A stretch of 64,000 nucleotides of DNA, taken from positions 32,001 through 96,000 of IMG/VR virus record IMGVR_UViG_3300010398_001198. The stretch is one strand, 5' to 3'. How positions within the stretch are numbered: position 1 is the stretch's first letter; the number at the start of each line of letters is the position of its first letter. Origin of the DNA: a virus. Under the pieces are notes generated by a model, which was not told where the DNA came from, ran no database searches, and worked only from the letters and a program-made list of their open reading frames with translations. This document shows positions 18,582 through 27,622 of the stretch, one piece after another. The position numbers and the translations under genes are program-made.

Positions 18582-19676
18582 TCAACTGCCATTCGTGACA
18601 CCTCCGCCCTCCTGTGCTTCTTCCCGCTGCCACAAATCCGGCTGGTTGCGGATCTCCCCGGTCGTGGGATCGACATCCGTAACGGGGCCAGGCTGCCCGC
18701 CGCCCTGGCGCTCGCCATAGAGCTCCTCTTGGGCCTGCTGTGCCGAGCGCGCGAGCACGGCCTTGAGGTCCGCCGCGACGGTCGTGCTACTCCAGTCCAG
18801 GCCCGCCCGGGTGGCAATCTCGACCACCTGCCCCGCCTGGATGAGGCGGTCCAGTGGGAGGGCAGGGACGTCATTGACCCGTAGCGGTTCCCCAAAGACC
18901 GCCAGCAGCGCCCGTGCCTGCGTCGTCGCCCGCATGCCACGGAGCCACTGTTGCAGAGGGGCGAGCACCACCTGACGCTCCTCGTCGGGCCGCTCCTCGG
19001 TCTCGCCCGGATCGCCCACCTCGGCAAAGATTTCGGAGACCCCGGGCAGCGCTTTCACCGCCGAGGACTTGGCGCGTTTGAAGGCGATCTGCAGCACCGT
19101 CGATTCGACATCCGCGAGGTCGTCATTGTCGAGGCGGTAGCGCGTATACGCCTGGCGTCCTTGGGGCGTAAAGGTGCGGGATTTGAGCGTGCTCTTGTCC
19201 ACGCCCGCCGGCACCTGATTGGCGTTCACCCAGCGATAGGCGTACTTGCTTTCGCGGGTCGAGCAGGAGCCAAAGCCGACCACCCGCCGCCCGCCAAAAT
19301 AGCGCAGGGGCAGCATGATGCGGACCTGGTAATGGCCGTCCTCACGGCATTCCTCGAGGTGCGGGGCGTCAAAGTCGGCTTCATAGACCGCCAGCAGATT
19401 ATGGATTCCATCCTGATTCAGGGCGGGCTTCTGGCCTTTGGCGAGCATGGCCGTGATCTCGGTCTTGCTCTGGATACGGTGATACCCGCCACTCTCGAAG
19501 CTGTACATATGCCGGCTGGGGTCCATCTGTTCCTCCACATACTGGACGAGGAGCCGGCGAAATTCCCCCATCCAGGTCATGCGTTGCTGAATGTCGGCAA
19601 TACTGGGCAGGCGGGGCGAGACGGTCAGATCGAGCGTGCCTTCGGTGGGCACGGGCACAAGCGTATTCGTCGCCAT
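18582..19676 (-). CDS. Putative phage single-strand annealing/recombination protein (Rad52/Erf-like fold)
   Basis: KPALNQDG...GSCSTRESKY...TVLQIAFKRAKSSAV...SEIF pattern with an acidic, disordered tail; family assignment is tentative. Confidence 0.5.
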   Translation of the reverse strand: MATNTLVPVPTEGTLDLTVSPRLPSIADIQQRMTWMGEFRRLLVQYVEEQMDPSRHMYSFESGGYHRIQSKTEITAMLAKGQKPALNQDGIHNLLAVYEADFDAPHLEECREDGHYQVRIMLPLRYFGGRRVVGFGSCSTRESKYAYRWVNANQVPAGVDKSTLKSRTFTPQGRQAYTRYRLDNDDLADVESTVLQIAFKRAKSSAVKALPGVSEIFAEVGDPGETEERPDEERQVVLAPLQQWLRGMRATTQARALLAVFGEPLRVNDVPALPLDRLIQAGQVVEIATRAGLDWSSTTVAADLKAVLARSAQQAQEELYGERQGGGQPGPVTDVDPTTGEIRNQPDLWQREEAQEGGGVTNGS

Positions 19677-19683
19677 GGGCTCT

Positions 19684-19800
19684 CCTTCGGAGAGAGGGTT
19701 AAGGGTGAAGATTTAAGGGTTACGGGTCCGAGACTGCTATGCATGTGCACCATCTTCGGCACTTTCCCCCACTTAAAACTTCACCCTTACAACGTAAAAC
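19684..19800 (-). promoter_or_regulatory. Heptad-array element, copy A
   Basis: Minus strand: GTTTTAC GTTGTAA GGGTGAA GTTTTAA, 46-nt core (GGGGGAAAG..GAAGATGGTGCACATGCATAGCAGTCTCGGA), CCCGTAA CCCTTAA ATCTTCA CCCTTAA, then GAAGGAG-ATG. Confidence 0.85.
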
Positions 19801-19808
19801 TGCCTGTG

Positions 19809-20075
19809 TTACACTGTTGCTTCTTCCAGCACATCTCGTTCCTGCGACAGCGCTGCCGGGAGGGTGGTAGCTCCGGCAGCGTCTGTCCGTGGTGCGTCAA
19901 GGCACATATGCTTCGTCCCCAGCACGGGACTGCGTGGGGGCCGCTGCGTCTGGTAGTGCCATTTCCCTGACACCGGGTGCTTGCGCCAGACCCGCAGCAG
20001 CACCAGCATGCCACAGTGCGGACAGGGGCCAAACGTGGGCTGGGGGGACGTGTAGCCGGCGAGAAAGGTGGGCAT
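19809..20075 (-). CDS. Small hypothetical protein with CxxC
   Basis: MPTFLAG...CPHCG; in the minus-strand operon. Confidence 0.5.
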   Translation of the reverse strand: MPTFLAGYTSPQPTFGPCPHCGMLVLLRVWRKHPVSGKWHYQTQRPPRSPVLGTKHMCLDAPRTDAAGATTLPAALSQERDVLEEATV

Positions 20076-20077
20076 GG

Positions 20078-20605
20078 TTAGTCTTCTGCCTCCAGAACCA
20101 ATGATAACTGGCACGGCTGCTGGGCATAGCGCTGCCAGGCACGCTGCACCGCCCCAGAGCCAGGGAACAGATCAACGAACTCATCCCCCGCCTGCATATT
20201 CAGCACGGCAAAGAGCCAGGAACAAAAGGCGAACGGTTTCACGCCAGCCAATCCCCGCTGGAGCGTAATATTTGCCGCAACCCAATCACGCACGGTGGGC
20301 TGGTGGCGTGTACGCGGACGGCCGCCCCAGACGAGGACAGGTTCCCACGTATAGGCTGGGTTCACGTGCGGCTTGAATATGGCAAAGGGTTTGACCCAGG
20401 ACATCACGCGCACCTCAGGAGGACACAGCGGTAGCAATATGCGCAGCGAGGGCGAGGAACAGGAGAGTGCCCAGCCGTCAAATGCCCCTTGGGTCAACTC
20501 GGCTAGGAGCACGCCATGATCGACTTCCGCACAGCGCGGATCAGCCTGGTAATGCCGCCGGGCTTGCCCTAGATACGGGGGATCGGCATAGGCAAAGCGC
20601 ATCAC
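20078..20605 (-). CDS. Small DNA amino-methyltransferase (N6A/N4C)
   Basis: ADPPY catalytic motif near the N-terminus and DLFPGSG SAM-binding motif near the C-terminus. Confidence 0.85.
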   Translation of the reverse strand: MMRFAYADPPYLGQARRHYQADPRCAEVDHGVLLAELTQGAFDGWALSCSSPSLRILLPLCPPEVRVMSWVKPFAIFKPHVNPAYTWEPVLVWGGRPRTRHQPTVRDWVAANITLQRGLAGVKPFAFCSWLFAVLNMQAGDEFVDLFPGSGAVQRAWQRYAQQPCQLSLVLEAED

Positions 20606-20779
20606 TCAGCATTCCTCCCGCGGGCGCTGCGCGTCCCACTGCTCTAACGTCTCCCGCCACAGCCGGACCTCAGCCGCATAGAGGCCGATCAGCCGCGACA
20701 CCCGGCGGGTTTCCCAAGCGAGCCAGCAGACGGCGCCCGCAATGATGATCAGTCCGAGCAGGGTGAGCATGGCTAGCAT
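20606..20779 (-). CDS. Small membrane protein
   Basis: MLAMLTLLGLIIIAGAVCWLAW; RBS GGAGGAGG. Confidence 0.55.
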   Translation of the reverse strand: MLAMLTLLGLIIIAGAVCWLAWETRRVSRLIGLYAAEVRLWRETLEQWDAQRPREEC

Positions 20780-21315
20780 CCCTCCTCCACGGCGCACGTC
20801 CAGCGCAGATGCCATCCTCCGGTGGCGCGTGGGATGGTGGCGGTGATCAGGGGGCAGATGGTTGTTTCCCAAGTGTCCCGGTGCAACCAGCTTGCAGCAT
20901 TCACGTCATAGAGGAGGGCCTTGCCCATCGGGGAGGTGGCGACACCGACCCAGTGGGTGTAGCGATAGGCGGCGCCGATAGGGACACGCGGCTCCAGCCA
21001 CGGGCCTTCCCATTGTACGAAGGCGAGGCCATAGCGCGGCCACTGTGTCCCGGTTTTGGTCGCGGGCCGTCGCGCCAGGCTGAGGGCCGTCCACATCGTC
21101 GAGGGATTCACCCAGGGGCGCTGGGGAAAGTCGGGAAAGAGCCGGCGCACGCGGGCCACGGGGACGCCGAGGACCGCCGCCAGGGCACACGGGCCACAAC
21201 TGGCCTTCCAGGCGAGATGCGCTTCTTCCACATCCGGGGGACAGTACAAGACGGTGCTCTCCGGAAAGACGCCAGGGGTCCAGGGATCATGCGGAAACAA
21301 CAGCAATTGCTGCAT
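20773..21315 (-). CDS. Papain-like (C39-like) cysteine peptidase domain protein
   Basis: SCGPCALAA ... THWVGV ... LYDVN, a Cys-His-Asp arrangement. Confidence 0.55.
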   Translation of the reverse strand: MQQLLLFPHDPWTPGVFPESTVLYCPPDVEEAHLAWKASCGPCALAAVLGVPVARVRRLFPDFPQRPWVNPSTMWTALSLARRPATKTGTQWPRYGLAFVQWEGPWLEPRVPIGAAYRYTHWVGVATSPMGKALLYDVNAASWLHRDTWETTICPLITATIPRATGGWHLRWTCAVEEGC

Positions 21316-21519
21316 CTAGTCGTCCTTCTCTCGCCGCAACCGATCAATCACCTCGCCCAGCACGTCATGCTCCCACGATAGCGCCGGGGCCTTGAGCCAC
21401 AGGGTCTCTTCCAGGTGCTCTGCCAGCTCGGCATCGGTCAGCGTCTCCAGCCAGGCGGCGGTCGCATAGGAGGCCGTGAGGCGCATCGTGAAGTCTTCCA
21501 GGCTGTACTGCACGATCAT
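21316..21519 (-). CDS. Hypothetical protein
   Basis: MIVQYSLEDF...; coupled operon gene. Confidence 0.5.
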   Translation of the reverse strand: MIVQYSLEDFTMRLTASYATAAWLETLTDAELAEHLEETLWLKAPALSWEHDVLGEVIDRLRREKDD

Positions 21520-21764
21520 GGGGCGTCCTCCTCCCGCACAGCCACGGCAAGAGGGACGAGGCGGAGTCCATAGAGGTCCCCCCCACGGACGATCCGGAGA
21601 CGCCGGCCCTGATCCTGCATCAGCTTCACGGCTTTCCGACTTTGGGGACATTGGCGACTCAGCGATGACCGGGCGTAGATGGTCCATATCTCACCATCAG
21701 GCGTCTGCACCTGCATGCCTATGTCGAGCTCATACAGGGCTTTGATCTTGCGATAGGTTGCCAT
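21516..21764 (-). CDS. Hypothetical protein
   Basis: 82 aa, coupled operon gene. Confidence 0.55.
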   Translation of the reverse strand: MATYRKIKALYELDIGMQVQTPDGEIWTIYARSSLSRQCPQSRKAVKLMQDQGRRLRIVRGGDLYGLRLVPLAVAVREEDAP

Positions 21765-21983
21765 CTAGGCCTCCTCCCCCATGCGGTCCACCCACACCTG
21801 CCGATAGCTTTTCAGCTCGCGCCAGCTCGTCTGCCCCCACGGCTGGGCCTCCCAGGCGATCCCGGACCGATGCCGGCGCATGCGCTGCAGCCGCCCCGTC
21901 ACCCACTGGCCCTGGTCGTGATAGATACCGAGCACGGGGGTGCCGGCCCGGATCAGGCGGTTGAAATCACGGACATCGCTCAT
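21765..21983 (-). CDS. Hypothetical protein
   Basis: 72 aa, coupled operon gene. Confidence 0.55.
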   Translation of the reverse strand: MSDVRDFNRLIRAGTPVLGIYHDQGQWVTGRLQRMRRHRSGIAWEAQPWGQTSWRELKSYRQVWVDRMGEEA

Positions 21984-22223
21984 CTAGGCTACCTCCTGGC
22001 GGTACTCTCTGACATAATCCATCAAGTGTGCCGGCAGCGGCACATGGTAAAACGTCTCCCGCAGCGCGGCCTGCTCGGTGGCGTACTCCCACTCGGCCAG
22101 GGTGATGCGGTCCTGGAGCAGCCGCCAGTAGCGCCCCTCCTGCTGCGGGGGGAGGGTGTCGCGCAGCAGGGTGGCGAGCTCGGTGAGGGCCGCGGTAAAG
22201 CGCGGGTGGTCGGTGTCGGTCAT
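21984..22223 (-). CDS. Helicase loader/inhibitor (G39P-like), short paralog
   Basis: Aligns end to end with the N-terminus of the upstream gene (PRF..L.ELA...YW.L....L.EWEYA..QA..RETF..VPLPA.LM). Confidence 0.6.
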   Translation of the reverse strand: MTDTDHPRFTAALTELATLLRDTLPPQQEGRYWRLLQDRITLAEWEYATEQAALRETFYHVPLPAHLMDYVREYRQEVA

Positions 22224-22789
22224 GCGCCCTCCTCCTTCCCGCCAATGAGCTTGCGCAGCGGGGTCAGTCCCCGTGGGCGGCGTCCCTCTGGGGCAAAGTC
22301 TTCCGTCAGGGGCAACCAGCGCCGTGGATCAGGCGGATTGATGTGGCCCAAGGCCACCTGCACATCCCGTGGCTGTTTCCTGATCCACTCCCGGTACTCC
22401 TCCTGCTTCTGGCGGTCCTCCTCCTCTTGCTGCGCCTGGGCCTCTTGCCACTCCGGGGAGGCCCGCAGCGCCTTGAGGGCCGCGTCTGCCTCCGCCTGCC
22501 GGGTCTGCTCCTGCGCCCGTTCAACGAGACGGGCTTCCCGCTCCTGGCGCTGGCGCAGTTCCTGGACAAAGTGCATGAGGACGGCGGGCAATGGGACCTT
22601 GTGAAAGGTCTCACGCCACATCGCTTGCGCCGCCGCGTATTCCCACTCGGGCAGACTCACCTCGTTGCGAAAGAGCGCCCAGTAGAGCCGCTGGCGCTCC
22701 TTCTCCAACTGGTCGCTGAAAAAGACGGCCAGCTCATTGAGGACCTCGAAGAAGCGGGGGGCGTCGTCCTGCGTCATCGGGTTGTTCAT
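22220..22789 (-). CDS. Helicase loader/inhibitor (G39P-like) with coiled-coil tail
   Basis: Immediately after the replication initiator; helical N-domain duplicated in the next gene. Confidence 0.55.
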   Translation of the reverse strand: MNNPMTQDDAPRFFEVLNELAVFFSDQLEKERQRLYWALFRNEVSLPEWEYAAAQAMWRETFHKVPLPAVLMHFVQELRQRQEREARLVERAQEQTRQAEADAALKALRASPEWQEAQAQQEEEDRQKQEEYREWIRKQPRDVQVALGHINPPDPRRWLPLTEDFAPEGRRPRGLTPLRKLIGGKEEGA

Positions 22790-23798
22790 GCAGCACCTCC
22801 TGTAACACTTCTGCCCCATTGCGCATGGAGCGATACGATTTCAGCGTGAGTCCATGCCGCGCCGCCGCCTCCTCGTCACTCTCGCGTTGCGAGCGGGCAC
22901 CTCCAGAGCCACGTTCCCGTGCCTTTTCTTCCTCTTCCAGCACCATCTGACACCAGCGATCCTGCCAGTCTAAGGGCTGGCTCTTGTACGTGATCACCTT
23001 AAACCGCTTGGTCAACAGTTCGAGATCGACATGGGGTGCGTCTCGTGCAGCTTGTGCCAGTCTCTCAGGCGTGGGTGCAAAGTCCTTCGGTGGCTTGTAG
23101 CGTCCTGCCGTGCCAGTAACCTGGGCTGCTATTGTCTCGTACGCGGGCGGGGGCGTATCCCCCTCCCCAAGATCTCTGGAAGTAATCTCTGAAGTAATCT
23201 CTGGTATTGTTGAGGTATTTTTACCTGACGATGAGGTATTTTTACCTGACGATGAGGTAAAAGTGCTATCACGATCAGGTATTTTTACCTCATCGGAAAT
23301 ATCAATAGCTTGTGAGGAATTTGAGTCTATATAGTCCTCGTCTTTTTCATTTTCAGGATCAGGCACTTTTACCTCATCAGCTCTTGCAAGGAGTTGCGCA
23401 GTTACCGCCTCGGGATGAAACAGAAAGTAGCGTGTATGATCGAAGCGGTAGCGTGTCGTAGGATTCTTGTGAACCGTCACAAATCCTTTCTCGATGAGCA
23501 GATCGAGGGCAACGCGAATCGTTTTGCGTCCATAGAGCCCGAGGAGTCCTTCTTCGATGGCGCTTTCATTCTGGAATTGCAATAGGGAGGTGTCCTGCTT
23601 GCCTTCTTCACCATGGAGGCGAGCGATTCGATTCGCGTGCATGGCTTGCTCACGATTCGCCAGTTTGTGGTTGTGCCAGTGCCCGAAAAAGGAGAGAAGC
23701 GCGGCGGCACAATGGTTGCCATCGCAGAGCACCAACTGTGACCTCCTGATGAGAATGAGGGGCTCTTTCTCGGGATAAGAAATACATGATGCTCTCAT
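22734..23798 (-). CDS. Phage replication initiator (lambda O/replisome organizer-like)
   Basis: N-terminal wHTH-like region (AAALLSFF...GRKTIRVALDLLIEKGFV), internal low-complexity KNTSSS/ITSEITS segment that coincides with DNA iterons, C-terminal DWQDRW motif. Confidence 0.75.
   Translation of the reverse strand: MRASCISYPEKEPLILIRRSQLVLCDGNHCAAALLSFFGHWHNHKLANREQAMHANRIARLHGEEGKQDTSLLQFQNESAIEEGLLGLYGRKTIRVALDLLIEKGFVTVHKNPTTRYRFDHTRYFLFHPEAVTAQLLARADEVKVPDPENEKDEDYIDSNSSQAIDISDEVKIPDRDSTFTSSSGKNTSSSGKNTSTIPEITSEITSRDLGEGDTPPPAYETIAAQVTGTAGRYKPPKDFAPTPERLAQAARDAPHVDLELLTKRFKVITYKSQPLDWQDRWCQMVLEEEEKARERGSGGARSQRESDEEAAARHGLTLKSYRSMRNGAEVLQEVLHEQPDDAGRRPPLLRGPQ
23211..23380. repeat. Iterons (probable replication origin) inside the initiator gene
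   Basis: TGAGGTATTTTTACCTGACGA x2 (23211, 23232), variants at 23253, 23276 and 23359; core AGGTA-TTTT-TACCT is palindromic. Confidence 0.8.
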
Positions 23799-23862
23799 GG
23801 CTACACCCTCATTCTCAGTGTGACGGATGTCACATCTTCTTTACGACAAAGAGCAATACCTC

Positions 23863-24540
23863 TTAGTGGGTGTGTTGACACTCTCTGCCCATGGCTCGAT
23901 AGGCAGCCTCTTGTGCCGCCTGCTTCATGCGATCAATATCAAAGGAGTACGCAAATCCATGTTCTGTGGTCCATTCCAGCTTGAAGAAATCCACCTGCTC
24001 CAGCCTATAGAGACAGCCAAGAATTGTTGGTGTTTCTTCAACGGTATATGCCCGTAAGATTGCAAAGGATATCCAGCCATAACAGCGCAATGGCTCAATG
24101 GTCCAGGCATTTGCATGCTCGAACAGCGCTAATGCTGTAAAGGCTAGAGATGGCGTGTCCATGCGAGGGAGCGCATGAATACTTAGGATATGCAGCCAGG
24201 TTAAGGACACAGGGCATGTATAGACAAAGCCACCATCATCTGGTGCTGTTCTCTCCTCTTGGGCTTCTGGTAATTGGTGCGTATGTTTCTCGCCCCAAAA
24301 TCGCCAATCTCCCTTACTTACGAGATATGCTCGAAACTCCTCGACCCCCTTCGTATTCTTCCGGCTATTACACGAGTTGCACGCAGGTACGAGGTTGGCT
24401 AACTCATCGCCACCCCCGTTGTTGCGTGCGTCTTGATGCTCAATCGTGAAGTCGTCAAAGGGATTCATCTGCTTGCCACAGTACCAACAGTGTCCATTGG
24501 TCTTCGCCCAGACCTGCGGGCGATATTGCTTGTAACTCAT
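23863..24540 (-). CDS. HNH endonuclease with an extra C-terminal domain
   Basis: CWYCG...TIEHQDARNNGGGDELANLVPACNSCNSRK; probable start MSYKQY at 24540; AT-rich. Confidence 0.85.
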   Translation of the reverse strand: MSYKQYRPQVWAKTNGHCWYCGKQMNPFDDFTIEHQDARNNGGGDELANLVPACNSCNSRKNTKGVEEFRAYLVSKGDWRFWGEKHTHQLPEAQEERTAPDDGGFVYTCPVSLTWLHILSIHALPRMDTPSLAFTALALFEHANAWTIEPLRCYGWISFAILRAYTVEETPTILGCLYRLEQVDFFKLEWTTEHGFAYSFDIDRMKQAAQEAAYRAMGRECQHTH

Positions 24541-24678
24541 GCTCTGCCCTCTCTGCGTGCAAAACTGCCTACGATTGAGTAGGCTTATGTGACATTGCAA
24601 GACGTTCAATGAGAATAAGCAATGTCTAAATGCATGAGAGGATTGTAGCATTTTCAAATGTAACCTGCAACAAATCTC

Positions 24679-24707
24679 TTGCAATAAAGCATATCTTCCG
24701 GCATACT
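24679..24707 (+). promoter_or_regulatory. Sigma70-type promoter in an AT-rich divergent region
   Basis: TTGCAA-N17-CATACT upstream of the XRE gene. Confidence 0.55.
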
Positions 24708-24729
24708 CTCTTCTAGGAGGCCATGCATT

Positions 24730-24975
24730 ATGACGTTGGGTGAACGCATACGAGCCCGTCGAAAACGTCTCGGATTGAGTCAGGGCAAGCTGGCGCGTCG
24801 GGCAGACATTGATCAGGGGCAACTCTCCCGCATTGAGTCGGGTGAGACGACCAATCCTGGCATTCAGCCCTTGACCGCGATTGCGCGTGCCCTCGACTGT
24901 TCGCTGGACTACCTTGTGGACCGCTATGATGAGGACCATGTTGACCCCTCATGTGCGATGGCTGCCTCTACCTAA
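24730..24975 (+). CDS. XRE-family HTH regulator (Cro-like)
   Basis: MTLGERIRARRKRLGLSQGKLARRADIDQGQLSRIESG...LDCSLDYLV; RBS AGGAGG. Confidence 0.9.
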   Translation: MTLGERIRARRKRLGLSQGKLARRADIDQGQLSRIESGETTNPGIQPLTAIARALDCSLDYLVDRYDEDHVDPSCAMAAST

Positions 24976-24988
24976 CCCTGGACCCCCC

Positions 24989-25677
24989 ATGCGCACCCTG
25001 CTCCTCGCCACCGTCCTCCTCCTCGCCCTCCTGGTACTGCTGCTGCGCCTCCAGGAGTTGCACTGGGGCGATGTGGTCGAGGCGCTGTGGCTGCTCGTGC
25101 GGCGCTGGCGCTAACCCTGGAGGTGCCTATGCCCCCTATGCCTCGTCTCCGCATTCCCCGTCCCCGGCAGTGGCGGCGCTGTTTCGCCTGTCATCGCACG
25201 TTTCGTATTCCGACGCCGTTGCGCATGCTCTGCCCGGTCTGTTGCTGGCGACAGAAGCTCTATGATGAGGTCCGCCATGCCTGAGACCCTCGTACCAGCT
25301 GTCCGCGTCTGTCCCCACTGCCAGCAGCCCCTCGTCTGTCGCCTGGCCGATGAAGGTGCCGGGGTCTGTATCGGGGCGGTGCAGGGGTACTACACCGATG
25401 CTGGTATCCTGCTCCACCTGTGCGCGACCCATGCGGGGCTGTGGGACACGCATACGCCCACCCTTCCCTTGGGAGAGCACCGATGACCAATATGTTCGTC
25501 CGCTTCCCTCGTGATGGCGTCTGGCAGAGCGTGGAGATCGACACCCTCACCGATGCCGAACTCGTGACCTTTTTTTGCCAGCAGGACCCCGACACGGTTC
25601 GAAGGTGGGCCATCGACCTGGCCATCTGGATTCGGGACCATGTGCAGGTGATCCCTGATGAGCCTGCTGATGCCTGA
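24989..25677 (+). CDS. Four small coupled hypothetical genes (24989-25114, 25129-25284, 25277-25486, 25483-25677)
   Basis: Overlapping start/stop codons; one membrane peptide and two CxxC-containing peptides. Confidence 0.5.
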
Positions 25678-25688
25678 GGAGACTCCCT

Positions 25689-26066
25689 ATGGCCCATCGT
25701 CTGCCTCCCCTTTATCCGCCGACTTGGAAAGAGTTCTCGCGCTACATTCGTTATGGGCGGGCGAAGGGGCAATGTGAGTGCCCAGGTGGTCCCGGCTACT
25801 GTGGCTTGCACTGCACCCATCCTGGCCCCCGGCGCTGTGTCGAACGCGACCAACAACCCGCGATCTGGGCCAATGGCGTTGTCGTGCTGACCGTCGCGCA
25901 CTGTTGCCAGTGTGAGCCCTTGTGTGTGATTCCAGAACATTGTATTGCGTGCTGCAATAGATGTCATTTGAGAATTGATATGCTCTTGCATCAACATCAT
26001 GCTGCTGAAACAAGACGTCTTTCTAAAGAAATGCTTGGTCAAATCCCTTTGCGTTTTATGACATAA
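25689..26066 (+). CDS. HNH-like Zn-binding phage protein with a replaced 3' end
   Basis: CEC...VLTVAH...CCNRCHL; the last ~45 codons are AT-rich. Confidence 0.75.
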   Translation: MAHRLPPLYPPTWKEFSRYIRYGRAKGQCECPGGPGYCGLHCTHPGPRRCVERDQQPAIWANGVVVLTVAHCCQCEPLCVIPEHCIACCNRCHLRIDMLLHQHHAAETRRLSKEMLGQIPLRFMT

Positions 26067-26101
26067 TCTGTTAGAATATGGCATCAATAGAGGAGAGATA
26101 G

Positions 26102-26764
26102 ATGCCATATCCATGTGTCCATTGCGGAAGAATGAAGGCTCGTACAAGCAAGAGTAGATGTTCAGCGTGCAATGAATACAAGCGGCGCACTGGGCAGGAG
26201 CGGCCTTTTGGGCTGGAAACGGGCTGGAAAGCTGCGGCCCGGCATGCTGAAGAAACCCCTGGATGGAAAGGGGATGACGCTCATCCCAATACCAAACGTG
26301 CTCGGGCTCGTCGCCGCTATCCCCTTGGTCCATGTGTTGTTTGTGGCGCACCAGGCGTTGACCGCCATCACAAGGATGAGGATACCGGGAATAATGCCCC
26401 AGAGAATATCGCCATTCTCTGCCGTCTCTGTCATATGAAGATCGATGGTCGCTTGGAGGCAATTCATCAGATAGATCGTCATCGACCGAAGAAACTTTGT
26501 CTAAATTGTGGACGTCCTTCCAAGCCCCTGCGAAAGGGGCGTTGCCATGCCTGCCATGAATATTTGACGCGCCGAGGGAGAGAGCGTCCCTATCATGGCG
26601 ATGGTCGCCACGAAAAAACGCAGCCTCTCCATGAAGCCCCGTGCGTGCGTTGTGGGCGTCGTGCTGACATTGTGGGCGCTCCAGTCCGTGGCTATTGTAA
26701 GAGCTGCTATCGCTATATCTGGGAGCAGGAGCGTGAGATTTCATCCGTGCCTCTACCTTCGTAA
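26102..26764 (+). CDS. Free-standing HNH homing endonuclease with Zn-finger repeats
   Basis: CVVCG..VDRHHKDEDTGNNAPENIAILCRLCH; several CxxC pairs; own RBS and AT-rich leader. Confidence 0.85.
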   Translation: MPYPCVHCGRMKARTSKSRCSACNEYKRRTGQERPFGLETGWKAAARHAEETPGWKGDDAHPNTKRARARRRYPLGPCVVCGAPGVDRHHKDEDTGNNAPENIAILCRLCHMKIDGRLEAIHQIDRHRPKKLCLNCGRPSKPLRKGRCHACHEYLTRRGRERPYHGDGRHEKTQPLHEAPCVRCGRRADIVGAPVRGYCKSCYRYIWEQEREISSVPLPS

Positions 26765-26906
26765 TAGGTGCCATTTACTCACCGATTTGCCCTTGCATCT
26801 GCGCCATGCGGCGGAGTCGCGTCGGCTCCTGAAAGAGCACCTCGGCCAGATGCCCCTGTTTGCCGACCTGAACAGCCCCTTTGCCCGGAGAGTGCGCCAT
26901 GGCTGA
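26760..26906 (+). pseudogene. Displaced original 3' end of the 25689 gene
   Basis: NRCHLLTDLPLHLRHAAESRRLLKEHLGQMPL matches NRCHLRIDMLLHQHHAAETRRLSKEMLGQIPL at 22 of 32 residues. Confidence 0.85.
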
Positions 26907-26981
26907 CGGCGACGATCTCCCTGATAGTGAGTACGAATCTATCTATGGTCGCGAGGCCCTCCTGGACCGCCCCAACGGCCA

Positions 26982-27236
26982 CTAAGCTACCCGCCACTGG
27001 TGCTGCTGTGCCGCCATCCGCGCTTGCGGCGAGCCCCGCGCCTCGTCCGCCTTGCGCACGTCGGCCCAAAACGCCGGGGTGGCGAGTGGGATGCCGAGCT
27101 TGATATGCCCGGCCAGATTCTCGGAGCGCCCGCATGTGCACGACCAGGTGATGGATCTATCGGCAAAACCCTCCTGGGGCAGCGTCAGGAGGACGTACTG
27201 CGTCACGCGCCACGTACAGATATGGGGCTGGGGCAT
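26982..27236 (-). CDS. Hypothetical protein
   Basis: MPQPHICTWR...CTCG; RBS GGAGAGGAG. Confidence 0.5.
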   Translation of the reverse strand: MPQPHICTWRVTQYVLLTLPQEGFADRSITWSCTCGRSENLAGHIKLGIPLATPAFWADVRKADEARGSPQARMAAQQHQWRVA

Positions 27237-27246
27237 GGCTCCTCTC

Positions 27247-27504
27247 CTAACGTCTGCGTAGCTTCCCATGGCACCCGACACACAACGTCACCAGGGCACG
27301 CATCGGCGCTTCCCACGGACCACCAGGGACATACCACTTATGATGCACTTGCAACTCCTTCTCCTTTGCCCCACACTCCTGACACGTCCACCGATCCCGC
27401 TGCATGACCTCCAGCCGCCGCTTTTGCCACCGCGGGTCACGCAGGAGTTGCTGGTAGCGCGTCGGGCGCGGGCGCTTCGGACGGCGCAGGGCGGTGCGGC
27501 TCAT
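27247..27504 (-). CDS. Small HNH endonuclease
   Basis: DPRWQKRRLEVMQRDRWTCQECG...LQVHH...LVTLCVGCH. Confidence 0.85.
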   Translation of the reverse strand: MSRTALRRPKRPRPTRYQQLLRDPRWQKRRLEVMQRDRWTCQECGAKEKELQVHHKWYVPGGPWEAPMRALVTLCVGCHGKLRRR

Positions 27505-27560
27505 AGCGCCTCTCCTTCTCCACTCCCAATAGGCTGGGATGCCCTATGAAAACAGGGGCT

Positions 27561-27599
27561 GAATTAGGGGGGGGTGGTGGCCCCACCCCCCCTTAATTC
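27561..27599. terminator. Strong inverted repeat (terminator or leader hairpin)
   Basis: GAATTAGGGGGGGGTGG / CCACCCCCCCTTAATTC, 17-bp arms with one mismatch. Confidence 0.55.
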
Positions 27600-27622
27600 C
27601 TTACGGACCTTTCTGCCCCTTC

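Noticed and set aside
24541-24939. N-terminal extension of the 358-aa HNH ORF
   Set aside because: It overlaps the divergent promoter region and the XRE gene; MSYKQY at 24540 is the plausible start.
25940-26770. Group I intron around the HNH gene
   Set aside because: No P/Q/R/S core is recognisable and there is almost no non-coding room; the replacement 3' end makes splicing unnecessary.
25260-26774. 504-aa minus-strand ORF (also the plus-strand 486-aa ORF at 55969-57429)
   Set aside because: Both lie antisense to well-supported genes and show no recognisable motif.
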